A stretch of 64,000 bases of DNA from Tubiluchus corallicola (Eukaryota > Animalia > Priapulida): the NCBI GenBank assembly GCA_030141605.1, contig JAQGDQ010000060.1, positions 434,001 to 498,000 of the forward strand. Direction: 5' to 3'. Shown here piece after piece: positions 1-12,946 of the stretch (position 1 is its first letter; each line of letters opens with the position of its first letter). The translations under genes were made by a program, and so were the position numbers. Below the pieces are notes generated by a model. That model saw only the letters and a program-made list of their open reading frames with translations. It searched no databases and was not told where the DNA came from.

Positions 1-187
1 GTGCAAAAAAGAATAATTGTCGCCTAGGCGGCCATTTTGGATTTTATACAGCAGATGAAATAGGAAATGTTTATCGCTAACTCAAACTGAAGTGCAGAAA
101 GAAACAATATGAAAACAAAACAAGGAAAAAACTTGTGTTTCCAAAGACATTCAACAAAAAAGACCAAAAAAGTGGAGGACATATCAA

Positions 188-278
188 TTGTTAGAAAGAC
201 AACCAATGAATTCAGTTGATTGTTAGAAAGACAACCAATGTATTCAGTTGATTGTTAGAAAGACAACCAATGAATTCA
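188..278. repeat. 32-bp minisatellite x3
   Basis: Unit ATTGTTAGAAAGACAACCAATGAATTCAGTTG. Confidence 0.9.
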
Positions 279-1508
279 TTTGTCTTGGATGAATGAATTC
301 AAGAATGAAAAGAAATGTTTTACCTGTCTGTTCTTACTTGTTACTTGACTTTTACAAGAATTACTTGGCCTGGATTATTAAACAGCTTGCTGTGAAAAGC
401 TACATAAAATATTGTTTCAACTTGAAGTAAATTTAATTACTTTTACAGTAAATTTATTTAGAACTTTTTAACCCTAATGCTAGTGTTTGTCATATAAGTG
501 TTTATGTAAAATTTGTAACGTGTATTTAACTGTTCGTCCCGGGAGGAGTATTATCAATTTCACAATCACATCTGGGACTTTGTGTCTTTTAAATTTTGTT
601 GTTCACTGCAATAAAGTATAAAAAATGAATATTTGCGCACATTGCATTTCTGTTTCAAGTAACCAAAGAAATTTCAGCCTTTGCATCTATACTAATTCTT
701 CAATAAATGATTAAAAAAACGAAACTCGGTTGCTGGACTGTTGCTTGATTGCAAATCCAATGGTAAAAGGCAGTAAACTGGTTTAGAAATATTTGTCAGC
801 TTCTTAATTAAGACATTTACATATAGAAGTACAGGGTGTCAGGAAATGATAGCCCACTATACTCAAAAACAATCACAAGTAGGTATATATGTATTTTTAA
901 TATTTTAATCATTACTGGTTATTTAATTTGTTTTTTTTTAAATTCCCTTCACTTTTTATTGTCAGAAATAAAAATTTAATGAAGTTTTTGAAAAAATCAG
1001 TCACGACACCATTTCTACTGAGAAACCAACATGAACAGTTCCCCTGTCAATTTATGGCCTCACAGTTGCAAATAATGGCAGTAGTAAATATTAAAATAAG
1101 CGTCCCTCAGTCAAAAATAAGTGCAATTTCTGTGGAATTGCACAGTTTTTATTCACTCTTTTCAATTTCATCTGTATGGAGAGGGTCAATTGTTTCAAGA
1201 TGCCCCTTATAATATTAGCACTGACCTTTCTCACGAAGATCTTGTCCAACAAGTTGTTAATTGCTGCAAAAAATGAAATAACACTAGAAATATAGTTAAC
1301 GTATAAATGTATAAACAAGTACTCAAGACCAAAAACAAAACGAAAATGGAAAGAAATTAAATAGTTTATAATTTATTAAGCAATATTAATCATAAAATTC
1401 ACAAAATTTTTTTTCAGTCTAGTCTTTTCACACCATTATTTTATTGGTATACTTTAACAATATCGCCAGACAAAGAAATTACCAGAATAAAGCATGAGCC
1501 AAAATTTA

Positions 1509-2001
1509 CCGTATATACGTGTGTACAAGTCGACCTTATGTATAAGTCGATGTGCATTTTAGGACCAAAAATTGCATCATTTTATATACTACATGTGTAA
1601 AAGTCGACCATAAAATATTCCAAAGTAAATGATGTCAACAATGGCCGAGTAATAAATCAATAGCCTACTGTGTTAGTGTGTAAGATACGTGCAAGTGCTT
1701 GGGCCGAGTATATTATACCTACCTGATGTATAAATATATGCATATATATTCATGTTGAGGGCCCTCAATGTAATCCATGATAATACAGCCTGGCCTTTCA
1801 TCGCGCATAATTGTTTGTAATGCCTTTAACCCTAGGACAACGTGGCCAGGATATAATGAAGGATTATTTCTTTACATATTCGTACTGTAGACGACTCTTT
1901 AGCGACATCTCCCAAAAACATATCGTAAGCATAAATCGACCCCAAAAATTTCACCTTAAAATCGCCTCCCAAAAATTCGACTTGTACATAAGTATATTCG
2001 G
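1509..2001. mobile_element. Tc1/mariner-superfamily (pogo/Tigger-like) MITE
   Basis: Imperfect TIRs CCGTATATACGTGTGTACAAGTCGA / TCGACTTGTACATAAGTATATTCGG flanked by TA. Confidence 0.75.
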
Positions 2002-2078
2002 TAATTATTTTGGGATATGACTGCAGATAAGCTTTAAGTCCGTAAATATGTCCAATATTATTTGTTATTTTATATTTA

Positions 2079-2561
2079 CCGTATTTTCCCGTGTATAAGA
2101 GACCCTTTTTTGCTCAGAATTTTCACTTTAAAAATAAGGGGTCTCTTATACATGGGAGTAAGTCTTTTCAATAAGATGCATAAATTGTGACACTAATGAT
2201 TTTAAAGAAATAAGTGCTCTACAACTGTTTTATTTCGAATAATTATAGTTTCCTTTCAATAAATCTTCTCCATGGCTAAATTCTAATGATAAAATTAATG
2301 TACCGGGTAAGTTATTATTTTTTTAAATGTCAAAAGAGGACAATGCCATTTTTAAGCAGAGTGACTCCTCTGATGATGAACTGGCTGGAATTGCTGAAGG
2401 TCTGACTCCAGTTGATATTTTTGATGAGAGTGATGAGGAATTTAATGATTTCTATGATGAATAAAGTTATTCATTACCAAAAAACTTTTTTCCAGAATTT
2501 TTGCCTAAAAATTGAAGGGGTCTCTTATACACAAGGGTCTCTTATACATGGGAAAATACGG
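2079..2561 (+). mobile_element. pogo-like non-autonomous DNA transposon, copy 1
   Basis: TIR CCGTATTTTCCCGTGTATAAGAGACCC and its complement, TA TSD; retains acidic transposase tail; second copy at 18495. Confidence 0.88.
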
Positions 2562-5240
2562 TACATTGTTGTTGACAAATTATATAAGAATTCTAATTAA
2601 AAAAATAATTTACTTAAATATTAACGTTACTAACTTACATTTTTATCACATAATATTATGACCGAGGGGCGGATGCTCGGTGACCATAAAATCTTTCTCC
2701 ACCCCGTCTCTCTCTCTCATTAAGTACTATATTGTTACTAATACTTTGCTGTATATTGCTTTTTGTATGAGACAAATATAAATTCAATTAAAAAAAATTC
2801 AATTTAATTCAATTCAATTCAATTCAATGTATTGATGCCCATCTACCCGTTTGTCTCTTGAATAAATCGAGTTTTCAAACAGTCATGTGAAACCGGCACA
2901 AAAAACGCAAGCAAGGCTTACATTGGTAAAGTCAGTAAATTACATAAGTTACACCAATTTGCAGACCTACAGGCCTCAGAATAAAGAAAACATCATACCT
3001 GTTCTACCAGCATGCTCAATCAGTGTATCATATGTTATCACTTTAAACCTTTCAGACAGTTAAACACCTAAAAGGAAAATAAATACGACATCAACACGCA
3101 GCAGAAATAGTCCTTTAAGCAGTACGTTATTAAGCAACGAGAAACAGACCTACAACTACAATACAGAAAGTACAAGTGGCACTAGTGTACTACATACCAT
3201 GAAAAATAAACAAACTTTTATTGTCACTCCCGAGTAAATAGCAAAACTGGTTTAGCAACCACTGTTCAGTGTTCAATGGGGTTGGGACTTGCAGTCTGCA
3301 TCTGAAAAAGAGAAAATTTGCAGAATTCATAAGGATTTTTAACTATAGGGATAAGGATAAATAAGCTAACATAAGGATAAATAAGAAAACAGACAAAATA
3401 TCAGTTTAAATTATAATGCATGAATCAATATGATTGCAGTGTGTTGTAAATCAGAAATATTCAACGTTTTAGCAAAATGTAAATGAACAACTAAGTACGA
3501 AGCTAAAATAACTTTTAAATAACTTGTAAAACCAATAACGTAGCCTATGTAAATAAGTTATTTAGTTTCATTCTTTCAATCTTATAAACATTAATAACAA
3601 GCCGGTGGTTTAAAGCTTTCAGAAAGTCGTCTGCAATTAAATCTGAGTTTTTATCACAAAAAAATAACATAGTATGCTGCTTTCAATAAAATAAAGCAAC
3701 AAAAACAGGTGTTACACCTCTGCACAGCCTTGAGAATTTCATTATCAATATTTTGACTTGCTCTAAACTCATCAGGAGCACCTGATTTTTTTAAATTGCC
3801 ATTGCCGTATAATAATCAAGGATCAAAACTCATAAACAAAAAAATTTGATCACATGATCACATCATCACATGAAAACCCAATCACGAAATCATGAGAAAG
3901 ATCATAAAAAACTGTTAAAATGAGATATTATTATTATTATTATTATTATTATGAGTTTATTTCGTATAAAAATATACAGTTTACAAAGATAAAGATATTA
4001 GTAAAACAGGTAATGCGATATTAGTACAGTAACATATCTACAGACATTCAACTTTATAATGACCACACATTGTAGTTCCTTGTAATTATATTACATTATA
4101 CAGTGTTGTAAGGAGCTATTATAGGTATCTTAAAACATAATCTTTAAATGAGTTCTTAACCTTTAATTTTACATTTTCGTTTAGATCTACAGTACAACCA
4201 TATTTAAATCTTAAATTTACTAGACTGTTATTTACATAGTAGCATAGCTTTGGAATTCTCAATGTGCAGTAAAACTTAAACTCTCAATATTAAAACAGTA
4301 AAAAGATGAAGAATGCATAATAATTAACTGAACTCACCTAAGACCTAAGTTCTGAAAGATGTATTTGCCCTTAGCCTGCATATTTCCACAATTTTTGCTT
4401 CATTGAGTTTACTGCCACAGCAAAATGAAGTGGCATCAATCACTCAAGTCTGTCGAAAGCAGGTACCAATCTTCTTTCTTACAAACCTGTATGATAATAA
4501 AGTGGTAATAAGAACAAGACAAAAACTGGAAATAAAAGCTAAGAGTAAAAGAAATTCAGAGAATAAAAAGTAAGTGTATTATGCAAACAGAATGACAGAC
4601 AGCTCGTAATGTGAAAAGCAAATGACAGAGCATTGCAGTAAGTCATCTTTACACATAAAACGTATGCAACACAGCATCCACTCAGCCGTCTTCGCTACTA
4701 ATTATGCATTTCCTCTAAATGAGTTTTGGGCTTCGGTTAATTATTTCTTAAAAATTTTGCAATTGGAATTACCTCGCTCTTTTGTCATATTAGTTCATTA
4801 TTAACAGTTCACTGTTAGCATCATTTGCATGTAGATATTTTTGACGGTACAAATTTAATAATTAGTTTTCACTATGTTAAGTATTATATTATATCTATAT
4901 TTGCATATTATGAAATATTATCTCTGTTCCGATATCCTTAATTCAAAAACAAAGAACCTCATTGGCTCAAAAACGGTTTTAAAAAAGAGCAGTAAGAACC
5001 CCCATCCTTTTAGTCCTTTATAATGTGTGGGGGGGCAAGGAATAACGTCTAAATGATGGTGATGAACTGATAAAGACAATGGAAGTGGTAGTAATGATGG
5101 TGATAGAGGTGTTGCAATCGATGCAAAGATGATATAATAATGATGGCAAAGATGGCACTAAAAAAGGTGAGAGAAAAATTTTTGATAAGCAATGATGTTC
5201 ATAGTTGGTGATGGTAACAAAATAGCAATGCAAAAAACGA

Positions 5241-5885
5241 CGGTGATCTTGATGATGATGACAGCAATGGAGCAGAAAATGGTGATCTTGACGACGATGA
5301 CAGCAATGGAGCAGAAAATGGTGATCTTGACGACGATGACAGCAATGGAGCAGAAAATGGTGATCTTGACGACGATGGCAGCAATGGCGCAGAAAATGGT
5401 GATCTTGATGATGATGGCAGCAATGGCGCAGAAAATGGTGATCTTGATGATGATGGCAGCAATGGCGCAGAAAATGGTGATCTTGACGACGATGGCAGCA
5501 ATGGCGCAGAAAATGGTGATCTTGATGATGATGGCAGCAATGGCGCAGAAAATGGTGATCTCGATGATGATGACAGCAACGGGGCAGAAAATGGAGATCT
5601 TGATGATGATGACAGCAATGAAGCAGAAAAGGGTGATCTTGACGACGATGACAGCAACGGAGCAGAAAATGGTGATCTCGATGATGATGACAGCAACGGG
5701 GCAGAAAATGGAGATCTTGATGATGATGACAGCAATGAAGCAGAAAAGGGTGATCTTGACGACGATGACAACAAAGCAACAGAAAATGGTGATCTTGACG
5801 ATGATGACAGCAATGGAGCAGAAAATGGTGATCTTGATGACGATGACAGCAATGGAGAAGAAAATGGTGATGATGATTATGATGA
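5241..5885. repeat. 39-bp minisatellite, about 16 units
   Basis: Unit GCAGAAAATGGTGATCTTGAYGAYGATGRCAGCAAYGGN. Confidence 0.95.
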
Positions 5886-6658
5886 AATGCAACAAATTGC
5901 CCTCCAAGTGATGAAATGTACAAATTTGTAGATTCATTTTTGACACCCAGAAGCACCGGCTTTTTTTCTGCACATCATAGATATGCCACTGAAGCCCCTG
6001 CTTGCGTCTCAGAATGATGTATAACTTGCAGTTTTCCTAATCTTCTTGTTGCTTTTGCAACACATAATTGCTTCGTTAGGTTCAGTGGAGCTTAATTAGG
6101 AAAAGGGCAGACAGAGGTTGTTAGGCTGAACAAATAAACTGAGACTTTCCAAGTGTTGAGGTGGTGGAAGTCTAGTAAGGGGAGGATTCTGTTCTGTCTG
6201 CTGATACATGCAGCATAAAAATTACTAACACCATAATGTTATGGAATGTCTGCATCAGTTCCCCTGCTATGGAGAAGCCCTCGTCTTGTGGCTGAGCCAT
6301 CTTTAGTTGTGCTTAACTCGATAAGTTTCCTTGCTAATCTTATTTTCCAGAGTTAGCAAATAATATGCCTCTAACCGCCATTACAAGAATTACGTTATCG
6401 GGTTGCAATAAATTTGTTATTACTGGGTTAGAGAAACTGCTAAGGTGGAAAGGCAAAATTGGTCAAGTCAACTTCTTAATCAAACGGCTAATTAAAAAAG
6501 ATGAATAATTATTTGACTAAAGATATTTATACAACGAAAATGTTGAGAAAAATATACATCAACTAGTCAATCAGAATCAATTAATTGATTAATGGTAATC
6601 AAATTAAATCATCTGTTAAAGGATGCTTTACCAAGTGTCAGCATGCAGCGCCAAGCAT

Positions 6659-7041
6659 TAGGGGTAAGCATCGAACGTTCGAATTCGATTCAAAGGAATT
6701 TTTAGTTCGAACCCAAAATTATAGATTCGTATAATTCAACACTTCAGCCACACGTTCCTTATCATTGAAAAGCATGCAATCAGCACAAATTTAGCTGCAG
6801 AATCTGCAGTAAAATTTTCAACGAATCACTAGTGGTTATACTACGGAATAAAACCAAGTAATATGCAAGATCTTTATAAGACCATTTTTACCGGTAGTTC
6901 GAAAACTTGTTGGAAAATCTTTCAAACTCAATTCGAATTTGATTCGGATTCGAAACACTGAAATTCGGTTTGATTCGAATTCGAAAGTCACAAATTCGAT
7001 TCGATTCGAATTCGCCTTCTGTAAGAGAATGCTTACCCCTA
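6659..7041. mobile_element. hAT-like MITE rich in TTCGAA/GAATTCGA motifs
   Basis: TIR TAGGGGTAAGCAT..ATGCTTACCCCTA; 8-bp TSD CCAAGCAT/CTAAGCAT; related copies at about 12600-12946 and 45040-45238. Confidence 0.75.
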
Positions 7042-8037
7042 CTAAGCATAGATACATGCTGGGCCAAGCATACGCATTATCTATGGTTTAAGAACTGTCA
7101 TCTTGTATTTCCATCTGTTTAGTTTCTTGCTTTGACTCCATTGACCTAAACGCCTACAGAATACTTCTAATTTTATTTTGCACACAGATGTCGCACAAAA
7201 TGTGAAGCCTAGCTGTACGAAATAACTGGAGTGATCCCTTATATCCCGTTGATTAGAGCATTTGCATATTTGTAAAAATGAAAGAAACAAAATCATTAGA
7301 AACCTTTAACAGGTGAGAATTACCTGGGACATAGGCCTAGCCAGTGTGTAGTCAGTCACACATTCAAACAGTTCAGCACCTGTCTCCTTTACTAACCACT
7401 CTAAATGTCTCATTTCCCGCTATAAGCATGTAACAATACACCCATTTAGTTATCACCAGCAAAATAGAAGCCACGTTGTTAATTATTAATGGCTTCAGTG
7501 AATAAAAACTAATCATGCAGTCTGCGTGCTAATTTTCATTATTATGTCATCACAGGAAAGACTTCATTAAAACCGGTAATGAAAACTCTCACAGTTAATA
7601 ACCTGAAAATTCGAAGCAGTGGAAAAATCCAGAAAATTTTCAGAAAATGAATTGACAGCACTGAATTTATAAACAGAATATTTTCGCTGCGGCAGAGTTG
7701 CGAAGATGATGAAAAACCAATGAAGCGGAATTAGTTCCTCCTGGTGTCACCGAATGGATCCCAAGTGAACAAGGCAACTCCGAAAGAACTTAAGAGGAAA
7801 GCCAGACGATTGTTTAGATTCAATCTCATTTTAATGTGCAAAATATACATTTTCTAGTCTTAAAAAGTTAGCAATTGCTTATAATATTTGAATAATTAGC
7901 TTGGAAAATTAATAAGCCTTTTCACAGTTCCAAGATTGATCATAATCGTTTAAAGGTGTACACACATTTTGTGTACACTTGACAACAAGTTTTTGCATTA
8001 AAAAAAGATCAAGAATTAATTTAGATGATAGGTTAAT

Positions 8038-8227
8038 GTCACGGTTAATGTTAATGTCAATATCTTCACTTCCCAGTCACGGTTAATGTTAATGTCAATA
8101 TCTTCACTTCCCAGTCACAGTTAATGTTAATGTCAATATCTTCACTTCCCAGTCACGGTTAATGTTAATGTCAATATCTTCACTTCCCAGTCACAGTTAA
8201 TGTTAATGTCAATATCTGCACTTCCCA
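8038..8227. repeat. 38-bp minisatellite x5
   Basis: Unit GTCACRGTTAATGTTAATGTCAATATCTTCACTTCCCA. Confidence 0.93.
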
Positions 8228-8603
8228 CACTCAAAAATGGCTTCTAGATACACTTTTTGCAGGTCTTCCAAAGGATTTCTAAATTACACTATTGTTTATG
8301 GTCTACCTCACTTAACAATGCACATTCTACAGTGATCTTTACAATGGTAGAAGTTTTCTATGAAGTGCCAAGTGCTGCAAATGCTCCATTTTTTGGTGAG
8401 CTGTTAAAAATATGCTGACAAAGAATTCGACTTCCATTGCTGAATAAACTGACAATACCTCAGCATAACAAAATTAAAAACATGCCCTTTTAATCACGTC
8501 TAGACATAACTTCGCAAAAAAATTTGTGCATAAACCTACTATGACAACACACACCACACCCACCGTACCACCAGCAGTCCAAATGCACCACTTCACACCA
8601 CAA

Positions 8604-9171
8604 ATACCACACAAGACCACTACACAATGCTACACCCACCAAGCCATGCCATACCACACCACCCTTATCATATACACTATCACACAATGCCACACCTGGC
8701 ATGCCATGCTACACACCAACCTTACATAAACTCCACACTGCCCATACCACACAAGACCACTACACAATGCTACACCCACCAAGCCATGCCATACCACACC
8801 ACCCTTACCATATACACTATCACACAATGCCACACCTGGCATGCCATGCTACACACCAACCTTACATAAACTCCACACTGCCCATACCACACAAGACCAC
8901 TACACAGCGCTACACCCACCAAGCCATGCCATACCACACCACCCTTACCATATACACTATCACACAATGCCACACCTGGCATGCCATGCTACACACCAAC
9001 CTTACATAAACTCCACACTGCCCATACCACACAAGACCACTACACAATGCTACACCCACCAAGCCATGCCATACCACACCACCCTTACCATATACACTAC
9101 CACACAATGCCACACCTGGCATGTCATTCTACACACCAACCTTACCATAAACTCTACACAACCCATACCAC
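8604..9171. repeat. 140-bp CA-rich tandem repeat x4
   Basis: Near-identical units starting about 8604, 8744, 8884, 9024; built from degenerate (CACAC/TACAC/CATGC) pentamers. Confidence 0.93.
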
Positions 9172-11821
9172 AAAATCAAAAGAAAGGCTCAAATTCTCAC
9201 ACTAAGCCAAACATTATAACTGTCCATTTCGCTTCTTGAAGACCAAGTTGACAAGAATGAAATTAGCTTCAACGAAATAAGCAAAATACGAAAATCACAC
9301 AACATATACGCACCAGTTGTCATCACAGAAGCACGAAAAATGAACTTATCAAATTTGCTGCACAAAACCACAATGAGAAATGGAGGAAAATGTGAGGCAA
9401 TCTAGTAAATCATGTTAGTGGAGATTGGAACGACACATTCAATCAAATATTTGGAATGGAAATGCGCAGAATTGCTTATTTACACTAAGCAGTCAAAAGC
9501 CATTTTTTCAATATTCTATTAAATGCACACTTCCACTATCAAGGGACACTAAGTGGACAGCGGGCAACTTTGTTCCTTAGTGCCGATGAATGTGGCATCT
9601 GCAGCCATGACACCCGGCATTGGACGGGACTGCTCACCAGTAGCGGCTCGTGTATAGGTACTGAGGAATTGCAGCACCCTATATTTTCACTCAATATTAT
9701 AGATAATATTCAATATAATAAGTCTTTTTTCTTTAGATCTTTCTTTATACTGGTACGGTCCACAGCACATGAGGGTAGTACTATTTGGTTTCACAGCCCA
9801 GCACACTGCACTCACAACTCAAGCAATGTGGAGTTTGGCTGTTGCGCGCATGCGGCCATGCACACGTCTGAGATAAGATGCTGCACATTAGAAAGAGTAC
9901 TGTCCCTCATGCAGTGCGTGTCGTCAGGTGCTGAAAAACAATGGTTAGTTACTGCGACAATTTAGGCTATATTTTTTGTTTAGGATTTTATCAAGTTTAT
10001 GTATAAATTTTCATATGTTTGTTTACAATAGCAATTACAACATTAAAATTACATATGTTTGTTTTGTTTTACACTGTATTAAAACCATTGGCTAAGAATT
10101 TTCTGAAGCAGCACACCTCCACTAATTTTAGCTACGAGTCGCCACTCCTGCTCGCACTTTCAAATGTCTTAGTTCTTTGGAACTAAAGAATGTCAAATGT
10201 GCTGACTCTTTCACGTAGCATTTTGGCGCTAAGAACAAAAAAAACTTCATGAAATGTCAACTTAATTTCACAATAACTTTCAATACTATTAACATTATAG
10301 ATTGTTTCCAGTCTTACGCGAGTATTTTATTATCATAGTTCGTCATTGTCAATTGTCACAGCCGACGGCAATTTTTGCTACGGCTTCATATGTGCCATGT
10401 ATTACGACTGACAAACAATACGGACTTCAAAAAATCAGAAAAACTTATTAATTTAGCAAAAAATATTTTTCACAAGACAATGTAATAAACACAGCGTCAA
10501 GCTATTCAGTTACACACAAGGGGCGGACATTTTGACAACGGGCGGACAAGGGGGGGACTCAGTTACGCCTATGCACTGCCATTACAAGTCCTTGATTCTC
10601 ATCCATTTCGGCTAATTTTGCCTAACGGTTTAACTAATACATCAACAAGTCACTTATAATTAAAACAACATACATAGTTATTGTAAATTTAGTCAACAAG
10701 TACCAGTTAAGATACAATATATTTTTATATATTAATGTGTTTATTGAGCGACTCGGTTTAGCTACAGAAGCCTTTATCAAACTATAAATGAAGTCAAAAA
10801 AGAAGAATAAATAATACATTAGTGATATAAAGGCACAAGTGAAACTACAAAACATCAGATTAGAATTTAACTTATCAAAATAAATAAGATTGTAATGGAA
10901 GAAATTGCAGAGAAAGGGCAAAAAAATGACCTAACACACGAGAACCAGAAAAAACACAATGTCTACTTAATGAAGAACCACAACAGAAAGCATTATAAGA
11001 ATAAAACACAACTGCTACTTTTTGTTACAAATTAAAACAAGTGGGAACTACAATAAGGGAAACCAGCGGCATGTGACACAGAGACTAAATCCAGCAGGAC
11101 CATTACAGGACCTTACATATATATATATACATATTAAGCAGAGAGCATTGAAACCTTGAGGAAGCCTATTCTGCTCATCATAATTACACACACACACACA
11201 CACCCCACCCCCACACCCACCTGATTCCACCAAAAACTGAAACGTTTATGAGTGAAAATTATAAGGAGCAGAAAAGGCTTCATCGAGGTTTCAGTGCTCT
11301 CTGCTTAATTTTCCCATTATCCAAGTGAGGCAATGACATTGATTATAAAGCACGTAGCGGAACTTATTGTAGACATAGGAGGAGAAAGGGAGTCCCTTGT
11401 GGTTCAGAAAGGCAACTTTCTTATTTCTGACTCATTACGCGTGCATTAGGGATAGGAAGACAAAATTGCCTATTTTCGGAGAAATTATTACAGAAAACCA
11501 CAAACAAACGAATGCATGGACATGTTATTGTTTCATATGAATATTAAAATTAAAATAGTTAAATCAACTTGGTTGTTAGTGGAGCTTGAAGAAGTAACAC
11601 CCAGAAACTACCTAAGCACAATATGAATGACAATCAACACATCTGCAATTACAACAAAGCATTGAGCACATATGGAGCCTTTTCCACTACTGGATTTTTA
11701 TTGAAATTGGGTCTTTCCAACAAAATTTTCTATCTTTACTCAAGAAAATCTTCAAGAACCATATTTTGCAATAAAGCACACAAAAAACTACAGAAATGAT
11801 TAGCCACAAAATGAGGTAAAT

Positions 11822-11960
11822 TGGATTACCATCACTCTGAGAAAAGGCTGGATTACAATCACTATGGGAAAAGGCTGGATTACCATCACTTTGGGAAAAA
11901 GCTGGATTACCATCACTTTGGGAAAAGGCTGGATTACCATACCATCACTTTGGGAAAAGG
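11822..11960. repeat. 27-bp minisatellite x5
   Basis: Unit GGATTACCATCACTTTGGGAAAAGGCT. Confidence 0.9.
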
Positions 11961-12239
11961 CAGTCCAAGGACTTTGTCACGATTGACAGAATCTAAGTCT
12001 AAAAAGGAACCATGCTTGGCTTTCTTTGTGAACAAGCAGGACCCAGAAAGAATTGAATCTCACCATGTAATAACCTAGATGGGCATTGTTGAGTTATTTG
12101 GTGAAGTTGATAGGTTCTACGCCCAATGGGTCTTGCAGGTTTTCGGGAAACAAAGCCAAAGAAACGAAGAAAACGATACAAATAAATGGCCAGAACAGTA
12201 CAGGGAAACATCTGAGCCAAATGTAAATAATAATAATAA

Positions 12240-12442
12240 TAATCGTTATTTAACCTCTGTCTTTTGGATGAACAATTAGCACAAGCTCCAAAGAGCTTTT
12301 GGACCGACTGTAAATGACAAACTACAACTACCCCACTTTTACTCTAAATGACACGTGCCAGGCAGGGCAACAGCAGGCACCATTTTTAAAGTCTTTGGTA
12401 CGACCCGGTGGCCTTAGCACTAGACTAACCCATCTGATCCGG
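12240..12442 (-). mobile_element. tRNA-derived SINE fragment (Meta-domain-like)
   Basis: Minus strand ccgggtcgtaccaaagactttaaaaatggtgcctgctg resembles the widespread MetaSINE segment that follows a tRNA head; (ATT)n tail near 12226-12243. Confidence 0.45.
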
Positions 12443-12599
12443 TAACTAACTGCAAAGGCAAAAACACACGAACAAAAGCTGGTGGATTGTTGTACTTAAA
12501 AGATGGACTTTAATTCAAATTTATATATGATTTAAGCCATTCGGTAGTTAATATCATCAAAAACTGTTGTACTTTGGTCAACACTTTGGCTATGATTAA

Positions 12600-12946
12600 T
12601 GGAGGTGAGCATTCTCTTCCAGACAGCAAATTCAAATCGAATTGAATTTGTGATTTTTGAATTCGAATCAAGTTTGAGAGATTTTCGAACAAGTTTTCGA
12701 AGCACTAGTAAAAAGTGGCGTGACAAAGATCAAACGCATCATTTGATTTTGTTCTGCAGTAAAACCGCTACTAGTTTGTAAAAAATTTTGCACAGAAACT
12801 GCAGCTAAATTGTGGTAATTTCATGCAATTTCGAACACTTTAATGATAAAGAACACATGTACCTGAAATGCCGAATTATTCGAATCTATAATTTAATCGA
12901 ATTTGAACTAAAAAAAAACTCGATTCGAACGTTTGATGCTCACCCA
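12600..12946. mobile_element. Second copy (inverted) of the TTCGAA-rich MITE
   Basis: Reverse-complement similarity to 6659-7041; ends GGTGAGCAT..ATGCTCACC. Confidence 0.7.

Noticed and set aside
5018-5973. His/Cys-rich, Ile/Val-rich and Met-rich long ORFs
   Set aside because: Alternative frames of the 39-bp repeat; unit variation is largely non-synonymous in these frames
8490-9239. Overlapping short ORFs (His/Thr-rich and Val/Gly-rich)
   Set aside because: The 140-bp unit is not a multiple of 3, so frames rotate and hit stops; repeat artefacts
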